Shown here one piece after another: positions 14,779 to 23,353 of a stretch of 32,000 nt of DNA. Under the pieces are notes generated by a model. It was not told where the DNA came from and did no database searches. It worked only from the letters and a program-made list of their open reading frames with translations. The position numbers were made by a program, and so were the translations under genes. The first letter of the stretch is position 1, and each line of letters opens with the position of its first letter. The stretch lies in the NCBI RefSeq assembly GCF_000010625.1, contig NC_010296.1, positions 2,490,001 to 2,522,000 of the forward strand, in the 5' to 3' direction. The stretch comes from Microcystis aeruginosa NIES-843. Its GTDB lineage: Bacteria > Cyanobacteriota > Cyanobacteriia > Cyanobacteriales > Microcystaceae.

Positions 14779-16575
14779 ATGGTTACGACTGACACAAAAG
14801 TTTATGATGTTGTGATTATGGGAGCAGGTTTCGCCGGGGTCTGTCAAGCAAGACACTTACTTCTAAATGTTCCCAACATTAAAATTGCACTGATCGATCC
14901 TCGTCCAGAAGAAAGAACTAATAAAGACCTCAAAATTGGCGAATCAATGGTGGAAATTGCCACCCTATTTGTTTGCAAAGAATTGGGGTTATACGAATAT
15001 ATGATCGAAAATCATCCTCCCAAATTTGGACTAAACTTCCATTGGCCGAAAAAGAAGGACAAAACGACTACCACTGATGATTATTATCATATTTGGAATA
15101 ATCGTCAACCGCCTTTGGCTTCCTTTCAAATGAACCGGGCAAAATTTGAACGGGATCTCCTAAAAATGAATAAAGCGATGGGAGCAACTTTTTATCAAGG
15201 TCGAGTTGTAGATGTTGATTTAACCTCAAAAGATGAACTCAAAACCGTTATCGCTAAAGTCGAAAATGAACAGATAACTCTCAAAGCAAAGCACGTTATT
15301 GATGCCGCAGGACGGAAGTTTATTATTGGTCAAAAAACCGATAATCTCCTATTTGGAGCAGATAATCTTTTTGGACTTGATACCGGTTCTGTTTGGGTTA
15401 GAGTTAACAATATTGATCGCACCATTTTTCACGATGGTTATGATCCTTATGGTACAACTTGTAGCCATTACTATGCAACCAATCATTGGTTCGGTCATGG
15501 TCATTGGTTATGGATGATTCCTACCGAGAAGGATAGTCAAGAAATTTCCATTGGCATTGCTTATCATCGTTCAGCGATCGCTGATAAGCAAATTAATACA
15601 AAAGAGAAATTCTATGCTTTCTTAAAAGCCAATCATGAAATTCTTTATCGTTTAGTTAATAGTGGTGAAAATATTGATTTCCATTATTTACCGCGACCTT
15701 CTCATACAAGCAAAACCATGTTTTCAGCCGATAATTGGTATGTAATTGGAGATGCAGCTTGTATTTTTGATCCTTTTTATTCTTTGGGATCTAGCATGAT
15801 TTCCTATCAAATTGAATGTACGACAGAAATTATTCGCAGTAAATTAGTAGGAGAAGCTATTGGCGAGAAAAAACAAGCGGCGTACAATGATTTTATCCTA
15901 ACTTACACGCGGTTTAATAACCATCTAATCAAACATCATGATCAACAGTTAGGAGATGCCAGTATTATGAGTTGGCGGATCTATCATGATTATATCTGGT
16001 GGTTTGGTGTCCAAGTTCCGATGTACACGGGAAAATGGTTTTTAGATTTAGATTTTCTCACCCGATATACTCCTGGTTTAAAAGAACATCAAATGGGGTA
16101 TTGTGAACATCTTTATCAGCAATTTAACGAAGTCATCGCTCAGGGCAAAAATTTAGGGTTTATGGATTGTCATCGAGGAGATCAACTTTGGGGTGATTAT
16201 CATACCTTAAAACATTTTGATGATTTTGTTGAAAATGCCAAACTTGAACCCAGACGGTGTAATGTTTTTGCTTGTATGAAAACCACTAATTTTTATACAG
16301 CCATTTGGTATGCTAATTTTCTCTGGAAAGGGTTTGGAGTCACTGCTTTTGTTAAACCGAAGAATCTTTTCTACTTACTGAAGCACTTACAAGGGGTAAT
16401 ACAAGCGGACATCGCAGAAAGAGTTTATAAACATTTCACCAAAGGAATTCCCTCCAATCGCAAAATTGCGGAAATGCGTCAAGAGTTTACCACCTATCAC
16501 TATCAGCCAGAACTTAATTCGTGGGAACAAGAAACAGCACCTTTAGCTTCTCAAAAAATTACAGTTACTGTTTAA
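14779..16575 (+). CDS. Flavin-dependent halogenase, paralog 1, 598 aa
   Basis: It has GxGxxG (VVIMGAGFAG, 14821-14838), Lys in DLKIGES (K52), WxWxIP (GHWLWMIP, 15505-15522) and FxxPxxSxG (IFDPFYSLG, 15766-15789). An RBS aggag lies 8-12 nt upstream. Confidence 0.85.
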   Translation: MVTTDTKVYDVVIMGAGFAGVCQARHLLLNVPNIKIALIDPRPEERTNKDLKIGESMVEIATLFVCKELGLYEYMIENHPPKFGLNFHWPKKKDKTTTTDDYYHIWNNRQPPLASFQMNRAKFERDLLKMNKAMGATFYQGRVVDVDLTSKDELKTVIAKVENEQITLKAKHVIDAAGRKFIIGQKTDNLLFGADNLFGLDTGSVWVRVNNIDRTIFHDGYDPYGTTCSHYYATNHWFGHGHWLWMIPTEKDSQEISIGIAYHRSAIADKQINTKEKFYAFLKANHEILYRLVNSGENIDFHYLPRPSHTSKTMFSADNWYVIGDAACIFDPFYSLGSSMISYQIECTTEIIRSKLVGEAIGEKKQAAYNDFILTYTRFNNHLIKHHDQQLGDASIMSWRIYHDYIWWFGVQVPMYTGKWFLDLDFLTRYTPGLKEHQMGYCEHLYQQFNEVIAQGKNLGFMDCHRGDQLWGDYHTLKHFDDFVENAKLEPRRCNVFACMKTTNFYTAIWYANFLWKGFGVTAFVKPKNLFYLLKHLQGVIQADIAERVYKHFTKGIPSNRKIAEMRQEFTTYHYQPELNSWEQETAPLASQKITVTV

Positions 16576-16642
16576 TCGTTTGGAAATTCATCGAGTCTTT
16601 GCTAAATTACTTATTTCATTTCGTATCAGGAGAATTTGAACA

Positions 16643-18442
16643 ATGGTTGCTACTAACACTAATGAGTATGATGTTGTGATTATGGGAGCAGGTTTTGCTG
16701 GGGTCTGTCAAGCAAGACACTTACTTCTAAATGTTCCCAACATTAAAATTGCACTGATCGATCCTCGTCCAGAAGAAAGAACTAATAAAGACCTCAAAAT
16801 TGGCGAATCAATGGTGGAAATTGCCACCTTATTTGTTTGCAAAGAATTGGGGTTATACGAATATATGATCGAAAATCATCCCCCTAAATATGCTCTTAAT
16901 TTTCATTGGGCAAAAGATGCAGATAAAACTGACACCATTGATGATTATTATCATATTTGGGCGAATCGACAATTTCCCCTTGGCACGTTTCAAATGAATC
17001 GGGCAAAGTTTGAACGGGATTTGCTCAAAATGAATAAGAAAATGGGAGCAAGTTTCTATCAAGGGCGTGTGGTTGATGTGGACATTACTCCTACTGATGA
17101 GATGCACACCGTCAAAGTTAAAATGATTGACGGAAATTATCACGAACTGAGAGCAAAACACCTTGTTGATGCAGCAGGACGTAAGTTTATTATTGGCCAT
17201 AAAACTGATAACGTTATTGTAGGTGCAGATAATTTATTTGGAGTTGATACGGGATCGGCTTGGGTACGGGTTAAAAATATAGATCGCACCATTTTTCATG
17301 ATGGTTATGACCCTTATGGAGCAACTTGTAGCCATTACTATGCAACCAATCATTGGTTTGGTCATGGTCATTGGTTATGGATGATTCCCACAGAAAAAGA
17401 CTCCCAAGAAATCTCTATTGGAATTGCTCAACATCGCAGTGTTATCGCCAACGACCAAATTAATACTCAAGAGAAGTTTTATGCTTTCCTAAAAGCCAAT
17501 CACAATCTACTTTATCGCTTAGTCACCTCTGGCGAAAATGTCGATTTTCATTATCTTCCTAGAGTTTCCCATACTAGCAAAACGATGTTTTCTCAAGATA
17601 ATTGGTATGTAGTTGGAGATGCTGCTTGTATTTTTGATCCCTTTTACTCTTTGGGAACAAGTATGATTGCTTTTGCGATTGAAAGTATCACGGAAATTAT
17701 TCGTTCTCAACTTGCAGGAGAAGCGGATACAGAAGAAAAACGGGCTGCTTACAATGACTTTAACCTTACCTATACTCGATTGAATAATCATCTCATTGAA
17801 CACCATGATAAACAATTAGGTCATGCTAGTATCATGAGTTGGCGTATTTATGCCGAATATATGTGGTGGTTTGGGATTCAAATTCCCCTTTATGTCGGCA
17901 AATGGCATTTAGATACTGGCTTTATTTCCCGTTATGTGCCAAAAGTTCAAGCGGATATAAAAGGATATTGGCATCATCTCTATGAACAATTTAACCAATT
18001 AGTTGAGCAGAATAAAAATATTGGTTTTATGGATGCTCATCGTACTGATCAATTAATCTGGGGTTATCATACCCTCAAACACTTCGATGACTTTATCGAA
18101 AACACTAAATTTGAACCAAGACGGTGCAATGTTTTCGCTGGAATTAAAGCGACCAGTTTTTATACAGCAGTTTGGTATGCAAAGTTCCTCTGGAAAGGAT
18201 TTGGTTTTTCAGCTTTTCTCAATCCAAAAAATCTGTCCTATCTGTTTGGACATCTTAATGGCGCAGTTCAATCTGCCATTACGGAAATGGTCTATAAATA
18301 TTTGACTCGTAAGCTTTCTGATAATAGCCAAATTGAACAAACTCGCCAAGAATTTACCAACTATCGTTATCGTCCTCAACTAAATCCTTGGGTAAAAAAA
18401 GAAGTAAAAAGATCGCCCGAAAAAATACCTATTATTGTCTAA
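16643..18442 (+). CDS. Flavin-dependent halogenase, paralog 2, 599 aa
   Basis: It carries the same four motifs as paralog 1 (VVIMGAGFAG, DLKIGES, GHWLWMIP, IFDPFYSLG). The two are collinear along their whole length. The RBS context is near-identical (caggagaatttgaacaATGg versus taggagaatttcaccaATGg). Confidence 0.85.
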   Translation: MVATNTNEYDVVIMGAGFAGVCQARHLLLNVPNIKIALIDPRPEERTNKDLKIGESMVEIATLFVCKELGLYEYMIENHPPKYALNFHWAKDADKTDTIDDYYHIWANRQFPLGTFQMNRAKFERDLLKMNKKMGASFYQGRVVDVDITPTDEMHTVKVKMIDGNYHELRAKHLVDAAGRKFIIGHKTDNVIVGADNLFGVDTGSAWVRVKNIDRTIFHDGYDPYGATCSHYYATNHWFGHGHWLWMIPTEKDSQEISIGIAQHRSVIANDQINTQEKFYAFLKANHNLLYRLVTSGENVDFHYLPRVSHTSKTMFSQDNWYVVGDAACIFDPFYSLGTSMIAFAIESITEIIRSQLAGEADTEEKRAAYNDFNLTYTRLNNHLIEHHDKQLGHASIMSWRIYAEYMWWFGIQIPLYVGKWHLDTGFISRYVPKVQADIKGYWHHLYEQFNQLVEQNKNIGFMDAHRTDQLIWGYHTLKHFDDFIENTKFEPRRCNVFAGIKATSFYTAVWYAKFLWKGFGFSAFLNPKNLSYLFGHLNGAVQSAITEMVYKYLTRKLSDNSQIEQTRQEFTNYRYRPQLNPWVKKEVKRSPEKIPIIV

Positions 18443-18555
18443 ATTTGGGTTAATCACTTAGGCATAGGTAAAAGATAACATCAAAAATCACAAGATAGCA
18501 TCTTTTACCTTTAACCCTACGCAATTACTGTCTATTAATTACGGATATCTCAACT

Positions 18556-21500
18556 ATGAAACCTATTGCAATTATTGGAATTGGCTGTCGTTTTCCTAAA
18601 GCGAATAATTATCATGAATTCTGGCAATTATTATCAAAGGGAATTGACGGCATCACCGAAATTCCTAAGGAGCGCTGGAATATTGATGAATATTATGATG
18701 AGAATCCCGAAACACAGGGGAAAATGAATTCTCGTCATGGGGGATTTTTATCGCAAGTTGATGGGTTTGATCCTAATTTTTTCGGGATTTCTCCTAGAGA
18801 AGCCTTATTAATGGACCCTCAGCAACGCTTACTCTTAGAAGTAGCTTGGGAAACCATTGAAGATGCAGGAATAACACGGGAACAATTGGCAGGATCGAAA
18901 ACAGGTGTATTTGTGGGAATTGCCACAAACGATTATAGTCGCATTCATGCAGGATATAGCCACCATCCCCAAGGCTATGATTTAACAGGAAACTGCACAA
19001 ATATCGCAGCCGGTCGTCTTTCCTATCTTTTTAACTTAAAAGGTCCTAGTTTAGCGGTAGATACGGCTTGTTCTTCCTCTTTGGTCGCAGTGCATCTCGC
19101 TTGTCAAAGTTTATGGAATGATGAGTCTTCAATGGCGATCGCAGCAGGGGTTAACCTGATTTTATCCCCTATTGGTCATATTGCGTTAAGCAAATTGAAA
19201 GCCTTGTCTCCTGATGGACGTTGCAAAACCTTTGATGAAAGCGCCAATGGATATGTGCGAAGTGAGGGAGTCGGTTGTATTATTCTCAAACCGTTGGCTC
19301 AAGCGATCGCAGATAAGGATTCCATTTATGCGTTAATTAGAGGAACTGCTATTAATCATGATGGACGCAGCAAGGGGTTAACGGTTCCCTATGGACCGGC
19401 ACAAGAAAGCTTGATTCGATCAGCCTTGAAAAATGCCGAAATTGAGCCAAAAGAGCTTAATTATGTGGAATTACACGGGACGGGAACATCTTTAGGCGAT
19501 CCCATCGAAGCGATGGCCTTGGGAGCTGTGTTAGAAGAAGGACGAGACAAGGATAATCCTTGTTTGGTGGGATCGGTAAAAAGTAATATAGGACATCTCG
19601 AAGCAGCGGCAGGAATTGCCAGTGTGATTAAGATGGCACTTTCCCTGAAAAACAAGCAAATTCCGCCCAGTCTGCATTTTAACAAGCCGAATCCTTATAT
19701 TCCCTTTGATAAGTTACCCCTTAAGCTTCAATCATCTTTAATTACCTGGCCACAACAGGAAACAACCGCCAAGGGGGGAATTAGTTCTTTTGGATTTTCG
19801 GGAACAAACGCTCATCTTATCTTAGAAGAAGCTAATTTATCTCACCCAGAACCAATTTCCTTAACTTTCCCTCATTTACTCCCTTTATCTGCCCATAGTC
19901 AAGAAGCGGTTAGAGATTTAGCTCAAAATTATGAAGATTTCCTGAAAGATCAAGCTTTAACCGCTGAATTTGTCCAGAATCTTTGCTATAGTGCTAGTGC
20001 AAGACGGACTCATCATGCTCATCGTCAGGCGGTTGTGGTTCATTCTCATGAGGAATTATTGAAGGGTTTAAAAGAGTTAGAAACGATTGATTTATCGACT
20101 CAATCTAAGCCTTCAAAACGTAAAACAAACATTGCTTTTGTCTTTTCTGGCCAAGGACCTCAATGGTGGGCAATGGGACGGGAATTATTAGCAACAGAAC
20201 CGGTTTTTCGCTCTGTTATTAAACAATGTGATACTTTGATTCAAAAGTATGCTAACTGGTCATTATTAGCGGAATTTAATGCGTCTGAAGCTCAATCTCG
20301 TTTACAAGAAACAGAAGTTTCTCAACCTGCTTTATTCGCTTTACAAGTTGGATTAGCTAAATTATGGCAATCTTGGGGGATTAATCCTAAATCTGTGGTT
20401 GGTCACAGCTTGGGAGAAGTTGCAGCCGCCCATTTTGCGGGAATTCTAACTCTTGAGGAAGCCATTCATTTGATTTGTCAGCGCGGACAGTTGATGCAGC
20501 AAGCAACAGGAAATGGAAAAATGCTTGCGATTGAATTACCTGTTAATGAGGTAGAAAATTTAATGGCTGCTTGGGAAAATAAATTAGAAATTGCTGCCAT
20601 TAATAGTCCCTATTCAACGGTTGTATCTGGGGAGTCTCAATCGATCGATCAATTAATTGCTGAATTGTCCCAAAACCGTCCCGATATTTTTTCCAAAGAA
20701 CTACCTGTTAATTATGCTTTTCATAGTCAACAAATGACTACTTTTGCGGATAATTTAGTTAAAAAATTAGGAGAGCTTCAGCCTCAAAAAAGCACCATAC
20801 CAATTTTCTCAACCGTAACAGGTGATCAACAAGAGGGGACATTATTTAATGCCGCTTATTGGGGACAAAATATGCGTCAGACGGTACGTTTTAACCCTGC
20901 TATTGAAGCAATGATTAAATCTCGTCATACTATCTTTGTTGAAATCAGCCCCCATCCTGTTTTATTGGGATATATTAAAAGTACCTTACGAGAACAAGAT
21001 ACTGAGGGATTTGTTTTACCCTCTCTAAGACGAGAACATTCTGAACGGGGAACGCTATTAAATTCTTTAGGAAAGCTCTACACTTGGGGACATTCGATTA
21101 ATTGGGAAAAATTATATCCCGAAAATTGTCAGTTTGTTAAGTTACCGCTTTATCCTTGGCAACATGAATCTTATTGGGTAAGTGATGCTAAACCTCAATT
21201 TAAGTCTGTTTCGTCTGCTTCTAGTTTACTTAATTTATTAGTTGAAGGCAAAACTGAACAACTAACGGAACAGTTAAATCAAAGTGATCAATTATCACCT
21301 GAAGTCAAGCAGTTTTTACCGCAATTATTACAGTTATTGGTGGGAGAAGATACAACAATAGCAGGCCAGATGCCTATCCTACAGGATGTGAGTAAAAACT
21401 GTTACAAAGTGGAATGGCAACTCAGTCCTTTAAACTTAAAAAATAAGCCTTCTCAAGGAGAACGGTGGTTAATTTTTAATGATAATCAAGTAGTCGGTAA

Positions 21501-23289
21501 AGCCTTAGCAACAACCCTAAATGATGCTTATGTTTTGGTGTCTTCTGGTCAAACTTATCAGAAGTTGGTGTCAGGTCATTATCAAATTAATCCTAATAAT
21601 GTTAAGGATTTTCAACGGTTGTTACAAGATCTAACTGAACCAATCACCAAAGTGGTCTATTTATGGGGGTTAGACAGCGATATTAACTCCCAACCCTCTC
21701 AAACTCGTTCTTATGCCAGTTTATTGTATCTAACACAAGCTTTAGCTCAATTTAAAACTAAAGAACCCCCTAAACTTTGGGTCATAACACAACAAGCACA
21801 ACCGGTGAATGATGCTGTTAAACCGCTTAAAATAGCGCAAACGTCCTTATGGGGAATGGGTCAAGTCATTGCCCTTGAATATCCTAATTTATGGGGAGGA
21901 TTGATTGATTTAGAAGAAAAACAACCATCGTCTCAAGCAATTATTGCTGAAATAACAGAAAATCTAGGAGAAGATCGCATCGCTTTTCGGGATCATCAAC
22001 GATATGTTGCCCGTTTAGTACCTAATAAAGCAATAAAAAGCTCAAACATCAATTTTAAGAAGACAGAAGCCAGTTATCTCATTACTGGTGGCTTAGGCTC
22101 TTTAGGATTAAGTTTAGCAGATTGGTTAATTGAAAAAGGTGCCAATCATTTAATCTTAACCAGTCGGCGAGCCTTAGCTGACCATTCAACGGATAAACAG
22201 GTAAAAATCAAAGCTTTAGAGGATAAAGGGGCTACTATTCAAGTAATTGCCGCTGATGTCAGTGATCATCAACAAACCCGTCAACTTTTTCACCAAATTC
22301 AAGAAAATTGTCCTCCCTTACAGGGTATTATTCACGCAGCAGGGGTTTTGAGCGATCGCACCATTGACAAGATGGATTTCCATTGTTTTGAGAGCGTATT
22401 TAATCCTAAAGCAGCAGGAGCGTGGAATTTACACCAACTTTCTCAAGATTTATCCTTAGATTTCTTTGTTTGTTTCTCTTCCATGTCTGCTTTAATCGGA
22501 TCACGAGGTCAAATTCACTATGCTGCTGCCAACCATTTCTTAGATGGTTTAATGCACTACCGTCGGGAGTCTGGACTCACAGGGTTAAGCATTAACTGGG
22601 GACCTTGGGCTCAAGGGGGAATGGCCACGCAAGGCTATGAAGAAGGCTTAAAACGCCTGGGAATCAATCCATTACAACCTAATTTAGCCCTAGATACTTT
22701 AGATGCTCTAATCAATGGTAATGTTACTCAAACAATGGTAGCAGAGATTGATTGGTCTAAGTTTAAAACGATTGTTGCAGCAAAAGGACGGGTGGCTTTC
22801 TTAGAAGCGTTATTCAAGCAAGATAAGGATAATTTTGTGCAAACGGTCGAGAATTTCCCCCAAACCATCCAAAAAAACCCTCCTCACCGACGAGTCACCC
22901 TATTAACCACTCGTTTACAGCAAGAAGTAGCGCAAGTCTTAGGAATTCACGGAGATACTTTACCAGATACTGATCAAGGGTTCTTTGAGATGGGAATGGA
23001 TTCTTTAATGTCCGTAGAACTGAAACATCGTCTAGAAGGCTTATTTTCTGTCTCTTTACCTTCTACCTTTGCTTTTGAGTATCCCACTATTGGTGATGTG
23101 GTGCAGTATTTTGTCCAAGAAGTATTTGCTTGGCAAGATAATTCAGAAAATTCTCAGATTTCTTCGGAAACCGAGTCAACGGATGTTGTAGTACTCAACC
23201 AAGCCCTTGCTGAATTGGAGTCACTTTCAGAAGCAGAAACAGAAGCTTTGATGGAACAGGAATTGGCGGAATTAGAAGCATTACTTTAA
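18556..23289 (+). CDS. Type I modular PKS, KS-AT-KR-ACP, 1577 aa, no loading module
   Basis: KS: DTACSSS (Cys172, 19069-19071), HGTGT, NIGHLEAAAG. AT: GHSLGE (Ser618, 20407-20409), YAFHS. KR: TGGLGSLG (22084-22107), HYAAAN, VLSD. ACP: GMDS (Ser1483, 23002-23004). The acidic helical C-terminal tail ELESLSEAETEALMEQELAELEALL looks like a docking domain. No DH HxxxGxxxxP motif was seen. Confidence 0.9.
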   Translation: MKPIAIIGIGCRFPKANNYHEFWQLLSKGIDGITEIPKERWNIDEYYDENPETQGKMNSRHGGFLSQVDGFDPNFFGISPREALLMDPQQRLLLEVAWETIEDAGITREQLAGSKTGVFVGIATNDYSRIHAGYSHHPQGYDLTGNCTNIAAGRLSYLFNLKGPSLAVDTACSSSLVAVHLACQSLWNDESSMAIAAGVNLILSPIGHIALSKLKALSPDGRCKTFDESANGYVRSEGVGCIILKPLAQAIADKDSIYALIRGTAINHDGRSKGLTVPYGPAQESLIRSALKNAEIEPKELNYVELHGTGTSLGDPIEAMALGAVLEEGRDKDNPCLVGSVKSNIGHLEAAAGIASVIKMALSLKNKQIPPSLHFNKPNPYIPFDKLPLKLQSSLITWPQQETTAKGGISSFGFSGTNAHLILEEANLSHPEPISLTFPHLLPLSAHSQEAVRDLAQNYEDFLKDQALTAEFVQNLCYSASARRTHHAHRQAVVVHSHEELLKGLKELETIDLSTQSKPSKRKTNIAFVFSGQGPQWWAMGRELLATEPVFRSVIKQCDTLIQKYANWSLLAEFNASEAQSRLQETEVSQPALFALQVGLAKLWQSWGINPKSVVGHSLGEVAAAHFAGILTLEEAIHLICQRGQLMQQATGNGKMLAIELPVNEVENLMAAWENKLEIAAINSPYSTVVSGESQSIDQLIAELSQNRPDIFSKELPVNYAFHSQQMTTFADNLVKKLGELQPQKSTIPIFSTVTGDQQEGTLFNAAYWGQNMRQTVRFNPAIEAMIKSRHTIFVEISPHPVLLGYIKSTLREQDTEGFVLPSLRREHSERGTLLNSLGKLYTWGHSINWEKLYPENCQFVKLPLYPWQHESYWVSDAKPQFKSVSSASSLLNLLVEGKTEQLTEQLNQSDQLSPEVKQFLPQLLQLLVGEDTTIAGQMPILQDVSKNCYKVEWQLSPLNLKNKPSQGERWLIFNDNQVVGKALATTLNDAYVLVSSGQTYQKLVSGHYQINPNNVKDFQRLLQDLTEPITKVVYLWGLDSDINSQPSQTRSYASLLYLTQALAQFKTKEPPKLWVITQQAQPVNDAVKPLKIAQTSLWGMGQVIALEYPNLWGGLIDLEEKQPSSQAIIAEITENLGEDRIAFRDHQRYVARLVPNKAIKSSNINFKKTEASYLITGGLGSLGLSLADWLIEKGANHLILTSRRALADHSTDKQVKIKALEDKGATIQVIAADVSDHQQTRQLFHQIQENCPPLQGIIHAAGVLSDRTIDKMDFHCFESVFNPKAAGAWNLHQLSQDLSLDFFVCFSSMSALIGSRGQIHYAAANHFLDGLMHYRRESGLTGLSINWGPWAQGGMATQGYEEGLKRLGINPLQPNLALDTLDALINGNVTQTMVAEIDWSKFKTIVAAKGRVAFLEALFKQDKDNFVQTVENFPQTIQKNPPHRRVTLLTTRLQQEVAQVLGIHGDTLPDTDQGFFEMGMDSLMSVELKHRLEGLFSVSLPSTFAFEYPTIGDVVQYFVQEVFAWQDNSENSQISSETESTDVVVLNQALAELESLSEAETEALMEQELAELEALL

Positions 23290-23353
23290 CAGTTATCAGT
23301 TATCTGAATACCTAACAACCTCACACCTAATATCTAAGGAGCATTTTAACATC

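Noticed and set aside
15299-18305. Small ORFs inside the halogenase genes (15299-15517, 16853-17200, 17519-17815, 18087-18305)
   Set aside because: They are alternative-frame or antisense ORFs within genes whose main frames carry complete halogenase motif sets.
18466-18510. Inverted repeat aggtaaaagat-N23-atcttttacct between halogenase 2 and PKS1, considered as a terminator
   Set aside because: The stem is AT-rich with a 23-nt loop and no U-tract, inside an apparently co-transcribed cluster. This is too weak to call as a feature.
21150-22000. Dehydratase or other reductive domain between the AT and KR of PKS1
   Set aside because: No HxxxGxxxxP or DxxxQ/H motifs were seen. The length and sequence fit the KR structural subdomain and linker.
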